A stretch of 64,000 bases of DNA, taken from the IMG/VR virus record IMGVR_UViG_3300047550_003635. One strand, 5' to 3'. This document shows, one piece after another, positions 49,501 through 58,552 of this stretch (positions are counted from its first letter, which is position 1; each line of letters starts with the position of its first letter). The translations under genes and the position numbers were made by a program. The notes beneath the pieces are model-generated. The model saw only the letters and a list, made by a program, of their open reading frames with translations. It was not told where the DNA came from and searched no databases. This DNA is from a virus.

Positions 49501-49538
49501 AGAGGAGTGATATATAATAGTATCACTCCTCTTTTTTT
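49501..49538 (+). terminator. Rho-independent terminator
   Basis: AGAGGAGTGATA-loop-TATCACTCCTCT plus T-run. Confidence 0.85.
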
Positions 49539-49554
49539 ATAGAATGGAAATATT

Positions 49555-50370
49555 ATGGAAATACAAGTCAAAGTTGAAGAATTGAGAAAGAATAAAGTTT
49601 TCGTTGCTACACCCATGTATGGTGGAATGGCCCATGGTCTTTATGTAAAATCATGTCTTGACCTTCAGGGAACAATGAGCAAATATGGTGTTGATACCAA
49701 GTTCTCATTTCTTTTCAATGAATCTTTAATTACTCGCGCAAGAAATTATCTTGTTGACGAGTTCCTACGCACAGATTACACACACTTACTTTTTATTGAT
49801 TCTGATATTCATTATAATCCACAAGATGTTGTTGCATTACTTGCCTTGGATAAAGATGTTATCGGTGGACCTTATCCAAAAAAATCTATTAATTGGAATA
49901 ATGTTGCGATGGCAGCGAGAAGTCATCCCAAACTTGAACCAAAAGAATTGGAAACATTGGTTGGTGAATATGTTTTCAATATCGTAAAGGGAACACAATC
50001 ATTTCAAGTTACCGAACCTCTTGAAGTTATGGAAATTGGTACGGGATATATGTTGATTAAACGACATGTATTTGAAAAGATGGCAGAATCATATCCAAAT
50101 ATCAAATATAAACCTGACCATGTTGGGCAACAGCATTTTGATGGGTCACGTTATATTCATGCATATTTTGATACTGTTATTGATACCAAAGATTCAATGA
50201 CTGGTGGTGGTTCAGAACGTTATTTGTCTGAAGATTATATGTTCTGTCAGATGTGGCGCAAGATTGGTGGAAAAATCTTTTTGTGTCCATGGATGAAAAC
50301 ACAACATATCGGAACATATGCATTTACTGGTAATATGCCAGCAGTTGCAAACTATACAGGTAAGCTATGA
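49555..50370 (+). CDS. GT-A fold glycosyltransferase-like protein
   Basis: VATPMYGG, ESLITRARN, FIDSD (DxD), SEDYMFC, HIG. Confidence 0.7.
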   Translation: MEIQVKVEELRKNKVFVATPMYGGMAHGLYVKSCLDLQGTMSKYGVDTKFSFLFNESLITRARNYLVDEFLRTDYTHLLFIDSDIHYNPQDVVALLALDKDVIGGPYPKKSINWNNVAMAARSHPKLEPKELETLVGEYVFNIVKGTQSFQVTEPLEVMEIGTGYMLIKRHVFEKMAESYPNIKYKPDHVGQQHFDGSRYIHAYFDTVIDTKDSMTGGGSERYLSEDYMFCQMWRKIGGKIFLCPWMKTQHIGTYAFTGNMPAVANYTGKL

Positions 50371-50978
50371 TTATTGGTCTCGTTGGTTTTATCGGCTCCG
50401 GCAAAGGAACTGTTGGTGATATCCTTGAACAAAAAGGATTCAACAAAGATTCTTTTGCCAAGCCCTTAAAAGATGCAGTATCAATTATCTTTGGATGGCC
50501 CAGAGAATTACTTGAAGGTGATACAGAAGTTTCCAGAAAATGGCGTGAACAAGTAGATTCTTTTTGGACTGAGAAATTTCAAAAAGAATTTTCGCCTAGA
50601 ATGGCTTTACAATTAATGGGAACAGAAGCTGGTCGTGATGTGTTTGATAAAGATATTTGGGTTATTTCTTTATTGAATCGCGCAAATGGTAAGAATGTTG
50701 TTGTTACTGATGTAAGATTTCAAAACGAAATTAAATACATTCAACAAAATAACGGTATTATTATTCGCGTTAAACGTGGTCCTGAACCTGAATGGTATGA
50801 AATGTTGAAAACCATTACCGATTTTCGTTTGAGAAAAACGACCATGTCATTTTGGAATATACATCAATCAGAATGGGATTGGGTAGGTTGTAATTTTGAT
50901 TATGAAATTGATAATAACGGTAGCCTTCAAGATTTGAGTAATAAAGTAGAAGAAGTATTGCAACAGATTCAAAAGTAG
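50367..50978 (+). CDS. Deoxynucleoside monophosphate kinase (T4 gp1-like)
   Basis: GFIGSGKGT, SFA.PLKD, PR.ALQ..GTE, DVRF.NE, H.SE. Confidence 0.9.
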   Translation: MIIGLVGFIGSGKGTVGDILEQKGFNKDSFAKPLKDAVSIIFGWPRELLEGDTEVSRKWREQVDSFWTEKFQKEFSPRMALQLMGTEAGRDVFDKDIWVISLLNRANGKNVVVTDVRFQNEIKYIQQNNGIIIRVKRGPEPEWYEMLKTITDFRLRKTTMSFWNIHQSEWDWVGCNFDYEIDNNGSLQDLSNKVEEVLQQIQK

Positions 50979-50986
50979 TGTATAAT
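50958..50986 (+). promoter_or_regulatory. sigma70-type promoter
   Basis: TTGCAA-17-TATAAT upstream of gp45. Confidence 0.7.
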
Positions 50987-51011
50987 TATATTATTATTTG
51001 TGAGGTAATTT

Positions 51012-51692
51012 ATGAAACTTTCTAGTGAAACACTTTCGATTCTAAAAAACTTTGGTGCAATCAATCAAGGAATTCTTTTCAAAAAAGGTAAGAAACTCAG
51101 GACTGTTTCTTCGCAGAGAAACATTCTTGCAGAAGTTGATTTGAATGAAGAAATTCCTGCTGAGTTTGGTGTATATGATTTGAATAATTTTCTTTCTATT
51201 CTTTCATTGCACAAAGATGACCCATCGTTTGAATTTGGTGAAACTCAAATGACAATCGTTGGTAACAATGGTCGTAGTAAAATGAAGTATCGCTATTGTG
51301 CATCAAACATGATTGTAACACCACCTGAAAAACCAATTACGATGCCTGACCCAGAAATTTCTTTTGAATTGACATCAGAAGATTTTGAATGGATTCTTCG
51401 TTTCGCTTCTGTTCTTGGTTCACCAGATATCGCTATTGAATCTGATGGTGACACAGTGAATATTGTAACATTGGATGTTACAAACGATTCCGCAAGCACT
51501 GAATCACTTCAAGTTTGTAATGGAACAGGTATGAAGTATCGTATTTTGTTCAAGACAGAAAATATTACAAAGATGCTTAATGGTTCTTATGATGTAAAAA
51601 TTTCTTCAAAAGGAATTGCTTACTTCAAACATAAGACAATCAATCTTCAGTATTGGATTAGCACTGAAACTGGTTCGAACGTTAGCAAGTAA
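51012..51692 (+). CDS. gp45: Sliding clamp gp45
   Basis: MKLS.ETL.ILKNF..IN, FG.YDLN.FL, Y.V.IS. Confidence 0.95.
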   Translation: MKLSSETLSILKNFGAINQGILFKKGKKLRTVSSQRNILAEVDLNEEIPAEFGVYDLNNFLSILSLHKDDPSFEFGETQMTIVGNNGRSKMKYRYCASNMIVTPPEKPITMPDPEISFELTSEDFEWILRFASVLGSPDIAIESDGDTVNIVTLDVTNDSASTESLQVCNGTGMKYRILFKTENITKMLNGSYDVKISSKGIAYFKHKTINLQYWISTETGSNVSK

Positions 51693-51721
51693 TTATTTTC
51701 TTTTTATTATGGAGTTTGTGA

Positions 51722-52651
51722 ATGGAACATTTATTGTGGGTAGAGAAGTATCGGCCACAAAAGGTAGCTGATTGTATTCTTCCTGAAAGGCTTAAAACAC
51801 CTTTTCAAGAATATGTCAATCAAAATCATATCCCCAATCTTTTGCTTAGTGGTTCTGCTGGTGTTGGTAAAACGACAGTAGCAAAAGCACTTTGCAAAGA
51901 GATTGGTTGTGATTATATGGTTCTCAACGGTTCTGATGAGAATGGTGTCGATACGATTCGGACTAAAATCAAGTCCTATGCATCATCAATGTCTTTTTCT
52001 GGTGGTCGTAAAGTAATCATTCTTGATGAAGCTGATTATCTGACACCAAACGCACAAGCAATTCTGCGAAATGCGATTGAAGAATTTGAAACGAATTGTT
52101 CATTTATTTTTACTTGTAATTTCAAAGCAAAGATTATGGACGCGCTTCATTCTCGGTGTGCTGTAATTGATTTTACTTTGAAGAATGAAGAAAAAGAAGA
52201 AATGGCAGCATCGTTCTTCAAGAGAATCATTGGTATTCTTCAAACAGAAAAGATTGAATATGAACAAAAAGTAGTTGCAGAAATCGTCAAGAAACATTTT
52301 CCTGATTTTCGTAGAACGATTAATGAACTACAACGATTCTCTCAATTCGGTAAAATTGATATTGGTGTTCTTGCCCAAGTTACTGATGTTTCTCTTTCTG
52401 ATGTTACAAAATTTCTCAAAGAAAAAGATTTCAAAAACATCAGGAAGTGGGTTGCAAGTAATCAAATTGATTCGCAGACTATTTTCAGAAAATTATATGA
52501 TAGTCTGTATGATATTTTGGTACCGCAAAGCGTCCCTCAAGCAGTAATTATTCTTGCCGATTATCAGTATAAAGCTGCTTTTGTTGCTGATGCTGAAATT
52601 AATATTGTTGCTTGTCTGACAGAATTGATGGTAAATTTGGAATTTAAATGA
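51722..52651 (+). CDS. gp44: Clamp loader large subunit gp44
   Basis: LWVEKYRP, GVGKTT, DEADY, SRC, FPDFRR. Confidence 0.97.
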   Translation: MEHLLWVEKYRPQKVADCILPERLKTPFQEYVNQNHIPNLLLSGSAGVGKTTVAKALCKEIGCDYMVLNGSDENGVDTIRTKIKSYASSMSFSGGRKVIILDEADYLTPNAQAILRNAIEEFETNCSFIFTCNFKAKIMDALHSRCAVIDFTLKNEEKEEMAASFFKRIIGILQTEKIEYEQKVVAEIVKKHFPDFRRTINELQRFSQFGKIDIGVLAQVTDVSLSDVTKFLKEKDFKNIRKWVASNQIDSQTIFRKLYDSLYDILVPQSVPQAVIILADYQYKAAFVADAEINIVACLTELMVNLEFK

Positions 52652-52911
52652 TTGAATGGATAGTCGATGACTATAGAACTAATCGCATACGTTTCATTGG
52701 TGAGTTTATCGCTTGGTTACTTAGTATATCGTGTAGTCTTATTATGGCATTCACTGTGCCACAACCGCCCTTACTATTATTATATCCTTTATGGATTAGC
52801 GGGTGTATCTTGTTTGGCTGTGCTGCATATAGTAGGCGTTCTTTTGGTCTCATGGCTAACTACATTCTCCTGAGTAGTATTGATTTGATAGCATTGATTA
52901 GATTATTATGA
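52648..52911 (+). CDS. Small membrane protein
   Basis: About three hydrophobic helices; ATGA overlaps with both gp44 and gp62. Confidence 0.7.
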   Translation: MIEWIVDDYRTNRIRFIGEFIAWLLSISCSLIMAFTVPQPPLLLLYPLWISGCILFGCAAYSRRSFGLMANYILLSSIDLIALIRLL

Positions 52912-53315
52912 GCAATCCATTTGATTATGTAAACGAGATTCTTCAGGGTAAAAAGAATATTATTGTTGATGAACAGACAGAGAAAGAATATCTGCCGTTT
53001 ATAACAAATCGTAGTCTTTCTTACCAGCAAGATTGTGTATATTTTGCTAATGAAATGAATATCAGGCATCATCTTGATAAAAAGTTACAATTTGATTTTT
53101 TAATAAATACTATACGGTCTAAGAAAAGACCTTTTGCAAAGTGGGTAAAAGCTGAAAAAAGTGAAGATTTGGAATGTATTAAAAAGGTCTATGGCTATTC
53201 CAACTCAAAAGCTGAAGAAGTTTACCGATTACTGAGCAAAGACCAAATCCAACAATTAAAAGAACAAACCGATATCGGTGGATTGAAAGGACCAAAAAAT
53301 GGTAGACTTGACTAA
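52908..53315 (+). CDS. gp62: Clamp loader small subunit gp62
   Basis: Y.PFI.NRSLS, ANEMN, QFDFL.N.IR..KR..KW, YGYS..KA. Confidence 0.93.
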   Translation: MSNPFDYVNEILQGKKNIIVDEQTEKEYLPFITNRSLSYQQDCVYFANEMNIRHHLDKKLQFDFLINTIRSKKRPFAKWVKAEKSEDLECIKKVYGYSNSKAEEVYRLLSKDQIQQLKEQTDIGGLKGPKNGRLD

Positions 53316-53700
53316 ATTTATTGAAATAAAATTAAACGAGCAGGATGATTTTTTAAAAGTTAGAGAAACGCTTACACGCATCGGAGTTTCATCACGTAAA
53401 GACAAGATTCTTTATCAATCTTGTCACATTTTACATAAACAAGGGCATTATTATCTTGTGCATTTTAAAGAATTATTTGCACTGGATGGCAAACCCTCAA
53501 ACATTTCCGATAATGATATTCAGCGTAGGAATGCAATTGCCAAATTATTATCTGAATGGGGCTTGATTACTGTCTTAAATCCTGCTATAATGAAAGATAA
53601 CATTGCACCACTTCATCAAATTAAAATCATTTCATTTAAAGAAAAGGATGATTGGGATTTGGTTGCAAAGTATAATATCGGTAAAAAAATTAACAGGTAA
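53299..53700 (+). CDS. regA: Translational repressor RegA
   Basis: DDFLKVRETLTRIG, LYQSCHILHKQG.YY.VHFKELF.LDG. Confidence 0.97.
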   Translation: MVDLTKFIEIKLNEQDDFLKVRETLTRIGVSSRKDKILYQSCHILHKQGHYYLVHFKELFALDGKPSNISDNDIQRRNAIAKLLSEWGLITVLNPAIMKDNIAPLHQIKIISFKEKDDWDLVAKYNIGKKINR

Positions 53701-53714
53701 GCATCAAATATATT

Positions 53715-53894
53715 ATGAAAAATTTGAAAGTAAAAAAGCTGAAAAATAGATACACAAACGAAGTTGTTTATACTAAAAATATAAATGAAACGGTTGTGAA
53801 TGGGGAAACTACCTTCATAAAAGTATATCGTGAAGGTATGCCTCATAGAGAATTTCTGGTTAACAAGGACTCATTTGAAATCCTTGCTAAATAG
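53715..53894 (+). CDS. Small hypothetical protein (59 aa, below ORF-track cutoff)
   Basis: Read manually as MKNLKVKKLKNRYTNEVVY...FEILAK*; fills the regA-hsp20 gap. Confidence 0.55.
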   Translation: MKNLKVKKLKNRYTNEVVYTKNINETVVNGETTFIKVYREGMPHREFLVNKDSFEILAK

Positions 53895-53897
53895 GAA

Positions 53898-53943
53898 TGT
53901 GATGCCTTCGGGGTCACAATTTTATAAACTCGCTTAATAGGAG
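53898..53943 (+). promoter_or_regulatory. Structured hsp20 leader (UUCG hairpin plus ROSE-like SD-sequestering hairpin)
   Basis: TGTGATGCC-TTCG-GGGTCACA hairpin, then CTCGCT-TAAT-AGGAG pairing over the SD with a bulged G. Confidence 0.6.
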
Positions 53944-53949
53944 AACTAT

Positions 53950-54441
53950 ATGACACAGATAGGTCGTATTTCATTTGCACCACTTACCCATTCAACACTA
54001 GGTTTTGACCGTTTTTTTCAAGATGTCGAACGCCTACTTGAAATGGATGCATCAAAAACCATATCTAATTTTCCTCCACATAACATTCTTAAACTAGCAG
54101 ATAATCTCTATGTTGTTGAGATGGCTATTGCTGGATTTTCAAAAGATGAAATTCAAATCACTGTTGAAGATGGTGAATTGATTATTCAGGGTGAGAAGAA
54201 AGAAAAGGAAGTTGGTACATATCTACACAAAGGTATTGGTACCCGTTCTTTTACTAAAACACTTCACATCGCTGAAACTGTTGAAGTTCGTGGAGCAGAA
54301 TTTAAAGATGGTATTTTGAAAATCGGTTTGGAAAATGTTATTCCAGAACATAAAAAACCTCGTAAGATTGAGATTGGTTCTGAATTGACATTGCCTAAAT
54401 CAGAAACACAACTTCTCAATGAAACCAAAAAAGTAGCCTAA
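53950..54441 (+). CDS. hsp20: Small heat-shock protein Hsp20 (IbpA-like)
   Basis: LGFDRFF, FPPHNI, E.AIAGF, YLHKGI..RSF, DGIL.I.L, P..KKPRKIEI. Confidence 0.95.
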   Translation: MTQIGRISFAPLTHSTLGFDRFFQDVERLLEMDASKTISNFPPHNILKLADNLYVVEMAIAGFSKDEIQITVEDGELIIQGEKKEKEVGTYLHKGIGTRSFTKTLHIAETVEVRGAEFKDGILKIGLENVIPEHKKPRKIEIGSELTLPKSETQLLNETKKVA

Positions 54442-54450
54442 TACTTTTTA

Positions 54451-54477
54451 GGAAGGGCGCAATGCCCTTCCTTTTTT
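54451..54477 (+). terminator. Rho-independent terminator
   Basis: GGAAGGGC-GCAAT-GCCCTTCC-TTTTTT. Confidence 0.88.
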
Positions 54478-54496
54478 AGCAAATTATGGAGTTATT

Positions 54497-54673
54497 ATGA
54501 AAAGAGACAAGAGTTTTAGATTGAAACAAAGTGTGAAAAGAATGTTGACTAATCTAGAAGGTGAAGAACGAACATTCTATAAGAATATTATGATTGAAGC
54601 ACAATTAATTGCAGCACGTCCAGCACCACGTGATAAACAAGCGAAAAATAATGACTCAGATGCAGCAGAATAA
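54497..54673 (+). CDS. Small hypothetical protein (58 aa)
   Basis: Read manually as MKRDKSFRLKQSVKRML...DAAE*; GGAG SD upstream. Confidence 0.6.
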   Translation: MKRDKSFRLKQSVKRMLTNLEGEERTFYKNIMIEAQLIAARPAPRDKQAKNNDSDAAE

Positions 54674-55088
54674 ATGGCATTCAAGATTTGTTGATTTAGC
54701 AAAACATATTTCTGAATGGAGTAAAGACCCTAGCACAAAAGTCGGTGCAGTTATTGTTGATGAAAAACGCAGAATTATTAGCACTGGCTATAATGGGTTT
54801 TCTATTGGCGTTGAAGATACTGATGATAGATTATTTAATCGTGATATAAAATATGAAATGATTGTTCATGGTGAAATCAATGCGATTGTTTTTGCTAGAC
54901 AAGATTTGACAAACACAACACTTTATACATATCCATTTATGCCATGTAGTCGTTGTGCTTCCATTGTAATTCAGAGTGGAATCAAAACTGTCGTTGCACC
55001 AGAAAATCATAATCCTCGTTGGGCAGAAAGTTTTGCTCTTTCAACTAAGTTGTTTAATGAATCTAACGTAAAGTTAATTTTATTATGA
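54651..55088 (+). CDS. cd: dCMP deaminase
   Basis: SKDPST.VGA, TGYNG, HGEINA, PCSRC. Start moved to ATG 54651. Confidence 0.92.
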   Translation: MTQMQQNKWHSRFVDLAKHISEWSKDPSTKVGAVIVDEKRRIISTGYNGFSIGVEDTDDRLFNRDIKYEMIVHGEINAIVFARQDLTNTTLYTYPFMPCSRCASIVIQSGIKTVVAPENHNPRWAESFALSTKLFNESNVKLILL

Positions 55089-55261
55089 AAAAAGTATATA
55101 CATCAGAAGTTTTGGAAATACTTGAAAATGGTGATGCTGTCATAGGTTTACCAGAAGATTTATTGAAGGAAGTTTGCTGGTATACAGGTGACCTTTTAGA
55201 ATTTACCGAAAAAGATGGCTCTGTTTTTATTCATAATTTAACAAAAGAGAAGGATAGATAA
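55085..55261 (+). CDS. AbrB/MazE-like small protein (58 aa)
   Basis: Read manually as MKKVYTSEVLEILENGDAVIGLPEDLLKEVCWYTGDLLEFTEKDGSVFIHNLTKEKDR; LP..L...W..GD.L pattern. Confidence 0.65.
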   Translation: MKKVYTSEVLEILENGDAVIGLPEDLLKEVCWYTGDLLEFTEKDGSVFIHNLTKEKDR

Positions 55262-55737
55262 TGCTAGTATTACCTGATGAAATGGTTGGAAAGCCAATTG
55301 GATTTACATGTTCAACATTTGATTTACTTCATGCAGGACATATTCTTATGTTAGCTGAAGCAAAATCTATTTGTGATTATCTTATTGTTGCACTTCAAAG
55401 CGACCCGACAATTGATAGACCTAAAACGAAGAATAGACCCGTTCAATCAATTGTTGAAAGACATGTTCAGCTTGAGGCAGTAAAATTTGTCGATGAAATT
55501 ATTGTATATAATACCGAAAAAGATTTGGAAGATTTGTTAATGTTTCTTCCAATTACTATTAGAATTATCGGTGAAGAATATCGTGATAAAGATTTTACAG
55601 GTAAAACAATATGTGAAGAACGCGGTATAAAGATTTTTTATAACTCGCGTAAGCACCGCTTCAGTTCTACCGAATTGCGTAAGAGAACTTACCAATCAGA
55701 ATTGGAAAAGAATGCTGTTGCTATTGAAATTGGTTGA
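55261..55737 (+). CDS. Cytidylyltransferase (TagD/glycerol-3-phosphate cytidylyltransferase-like)
   Basis: TFDLLHAGH, RPVQSI.ER, R.HRFSST.LR. Confidence 0.85.
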   Translation: MLVLPDEMVGKPIGFTCSTFDLLHAGHILMLAEAKSICDYLIVALQSDPTIDRPKTKNRPVQSIVERHVQLEAVKFVDEIIVYNTEKDLEDLLMFLPITIRIIGEEYRDKDFTGKTICEERGIKIFYNSRKHRFSSTELRKRTYQSELEKNAVAIEIG

Positions 55738-55779
55738 TTTTTCTGTTATAATATATTTTTAAACTCAAAAAGGAAACAA

Positions 55780-56001
55780 ATGAACATTACTGAACTTGCT
55801 AAAAAAATCGCTATCGAAAACAAACTTCCTAAGGCTGAGAAGTATGATATGGAACTTAGGCATGATGATATGATAGAACTTATTGGGCTTGTTCCTGACC
55901 CGACTTTGGATATGAATGAATTCCGAGGTCGAGAAATGTTGTTCCCTAAACGCTGGCTAACACTAGAAGTTCTTGCACCCGAAACTGAAGTGAATGTATA
56001 A
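55780..56001 (+). CDS. Hypothetical protein
   Basis: 73 aa; AAGGA SD; promoter TTGAAA-17-TATAAT at 55724-55752; coupled to gp43. Confidence 0.65.
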   Translation: MNITELAKKIAIENKLPKAEKYDMELRHDDMIELIGLVPDPTLDMNEFRGREMLFPKRWLTLEVLAPETEVNV

Positions 56002-58541
56002 TGTCGCGTTATTATACCAATGTCGTTTGCTTTGGTAATAAAATTCTTTATCGAGGTGTAAATAATCGTCAACGTGTAAAGAATAAAATTGATTATTCAC
56101 CAACAATGTTTGTTCCGTCAAAAAAGAAATCGGAATATAAATCATTGTTTGGTGAAAATCTTGAACCTATTGAAATGGGTGATATTCGTGAAGGTCGTGA
56201 CTTTCTTAAAAAATACAGTGACGTTGAAAACTTCAAGATTTACGGTAATGAAAAGTTTGAATACTCTTTTATTGCTGACCATTTCAAAGGTATGATTGAT
56301 TGGGCAATTGATGAAATTTCAATTGCTATTATTGATATTGAGGTTGGTTCTGAAAATGGTTTTCCTGACCCATATATTGCATCAGAACCAATCACGGCAA
56401 TCGGTATAAAAAGACTTGGTCAAAATACTATTGTATATGCTTGCGGTGATTACAATAATCATCGTGAAGATGTAACATATATCAAATGTCGTGACGAATA
56501 TACTTTATGTAAAAGATTTCTTGAAGATTGGAGTGATGACCATCCTGATATAGTTTCTGGTTGGAACGTCAAGTTTTTTGATATTCCATATATCGTCAAT
56601 AGATTTACTAGAATTCTTGGTGAAAGCGAAGTTAAAAAACTTTCACCATGGAATTATATTGGTAATCGTAAAACTAATGTCATGATGAAAGAATTGATAG
56701 TTTATGATTTTTTGGGTATAACAACACTAGATTATCTTGAAGCATATAAGTGGTTTGCTCCTTCGGGTAAATCACAAGAAAGTTATCGTCTTGATAATAT
56801 TGCACAAGTTGAATTGGGTGAGGGTAAGTTATCATATGATGAATATGAAAATCTTCATGAATTGTATAAATTAGATTTTCAAAAATTTATTGATTATAAT
56901 ATCAAAGACGTTGAACTAATTTTAAAGTTAGAAGATAAACTTAAACTTTTTGATTTGTGTTTGACACTTGCCTATGATACTAAATGTAATTTCGGTGATG
57001 TGTTTACTCAAACGAGAATGTGGGATGCTCTAATCTATAATTATCTTTTGGAAAGAAAAATAATAGTTCCACCAAAAGAAATGAAATTCAAAGATGGTGC
57101 TTTTGAAGGTGCATATGTCAAAGAACCTCAATTGGGTATTCAAGCATTCGTAGCCAGTTTTGACTTGAATAGCATGTATCCACATTTGATGATGCAGTAT
57201 AATCTAAGTCCTGAAACACTTGTTGACCCAAAAGATTATACAGATGAAATGCGTGAAATTTTAAATCAGAATGTGACGATTGAAAAGTTACTTGAGCAGA
57301 AAATTGATTTGTCTAAACTTGATAAGAGATTTACGATAACTCCGAATGGTGAATTTTTTCGCACAGACATTCAGGGTTTTCTTCCCAAGATGTTGGAAGA
57401 AATGTATGAAGATAGAAGTAAATTCAAGAAAATGATGATTGATGCGAAAAAGAAATATGAAGTTGAAACAGATAAGCAATTAAAGTATGACCTTGAAAAG
57501 AAAATTTCTCGGTATAATAATCTACAACTAGCAAAGAAAGTGTCGTTGAATTCAGCATATGGTGCATTAGGTTCTAAATATTTCAGATTTTATGATTTAA
57601 GAATTGCACTTGCTGTAACTCTTTCTGGTAAACTTTCCATTCGTTGGATTGAAAATCATATAAATCAATATATGAATCATATTTTGAAAACAAATGGAAA
57701 AGATTATGTTATTGCATCGGATACAGATTCGATTTATTTGCGTCTTGGTGACCTTGTTAATAAAGTGTATTCGGAAAAGACAGGCACTGAACATGTCATT
57801 GCCTTCATGGACCGCGTGTGTGAACAGAAAATACAACCATTTATTGATGAAAGTTATCAGAAACTTGCTGCATATGTCAATGCCTATGCACAGAAAATGC
57901 AAATGAAGCGTGAAAGCCTTGCTGATAAGGGCATCTGGACTGCAAAGAAAAGATATATCATGAATGTCTATAACAATGAGGGTGTTCAATATAAGACGCC
58001 AAAGATGAAAGTTATGGGTCTTGAAATGGTAAAATCTTCAACACCTGCGGCAATTCGTGAGAAAATGAAACAGTCTATTGAATTAATTTTGCGTGGTAAT
58101 GAAGATGAAGTTCAAAAATTTATCAATGACTTTAAAGAACAGTTCTTCAAATTGCCAGCAGAAGAAATCTCATTTCCGCGTGGTGTAAATGGTCTTGCTG
58201 AATATTCTGATTCATCAACACTGTATAAAAAAGGCACACCCATTCATGTCAAGGGTGCAATTCTGTATAATCACAATCTCAAGAAATTGAAATTGGAAAA
58301 GAAATATCCCATGATTCAAGAGGGTGAAAAGTTGAAGTTTACTTATTTGAAAAAGCCAAATCCTTTTATGGATACTGTTATATCGTATCCTAATAGATTG
58401 CCTAAAGAATTTGGACTTCAAGATTATATAGATTATGAAACACAGTTTGAGAAAGCATTTTTGGACCCGATTCGTATCATTCTTGATAGTATCGGTTGGT
58501 CAACAGAAAAGAAAAGCACATTAGATAGTTTTTTTGGATAA
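56001..58541 (+). CDS. gp43: Family B DNA polymerase gp43
   Basis: DIEV exonuclease motif, SFDLNSMYP, K..LNSAYG, SDTDS, KKRY; C-terminal clamp-binding LDSFF. Confidence 0.98.
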   Translation: MSRYYTNVVCFGNKILYRGVNNRQRVKNKIDYSPTMFVPSKKKSEYKSLFGENLEPIEMGDIREGRDFLKKYSDVENFKIYGNEKFEYSFIADHFKGMIDWAIDEISIAIIDIEVGSENGFPDPYIASEPITAIGIKRLGQNTIVYACGDYNNHREDVTYIKCRDEYTLCKRFLEDWSDDHPDIVSGWNVKFFDIPYIVNRFTRILGESEVKKLSPWNYIGNRKTNVMMKELIVYDFLGITTLDYLEAYKWFAPSGKSQESYRLDNIAQVELGEGKLSYDEYENLHELYKLDFQKFIDYNIKDVELILKLEDKLKLFDLCLTLAYDTKCNFGDVFTQTRMWDALIYNYLLERKIIVPPKEMKFKDGAFEGAYVKEPQLGIQAFVASFDLNSMYPHLMMQYNLSPETLVDPKDYTDEMREILNQNVTIEKLLEQKIDLSKLDKRFTITPNGEFFRTDIQGFLPKMLEEMYEDRSKFKKMMIDAKKKYEVETDKQLKYDLEKKISRYNNLQLAKKVSLNSAYGALGSKYFRFYDLRIALAVTLSGKLSIRWIENHINQYMNHILKTNGKDYVIASDTDSIYLRLGDLVNKVYSEKTGTEHVIAFMDRVCEQKIQPFIDESYQKLAAYVNAYAQKMQMKRESLADKGIWTAKKRYIMNVYNNEGVQYKTPKMKVMGLEMVKSSTPAAIREKMKQSIELILRGNEDEVQKFINDFKEQFFKLPAEEISFPRGVNGLAEYSDSSTLYKKGTPIHVKGAILYNHNLKKLKLEKKYPMIQEGEKLKFTYLKKPNPFMDTVISYPNRLPKEFGLQDYIDYETQFEKAFLDPIRIILDSIGWSTEKKSTLDSFFG

Positions 58542-58552
58542 TTGGAGAATAT

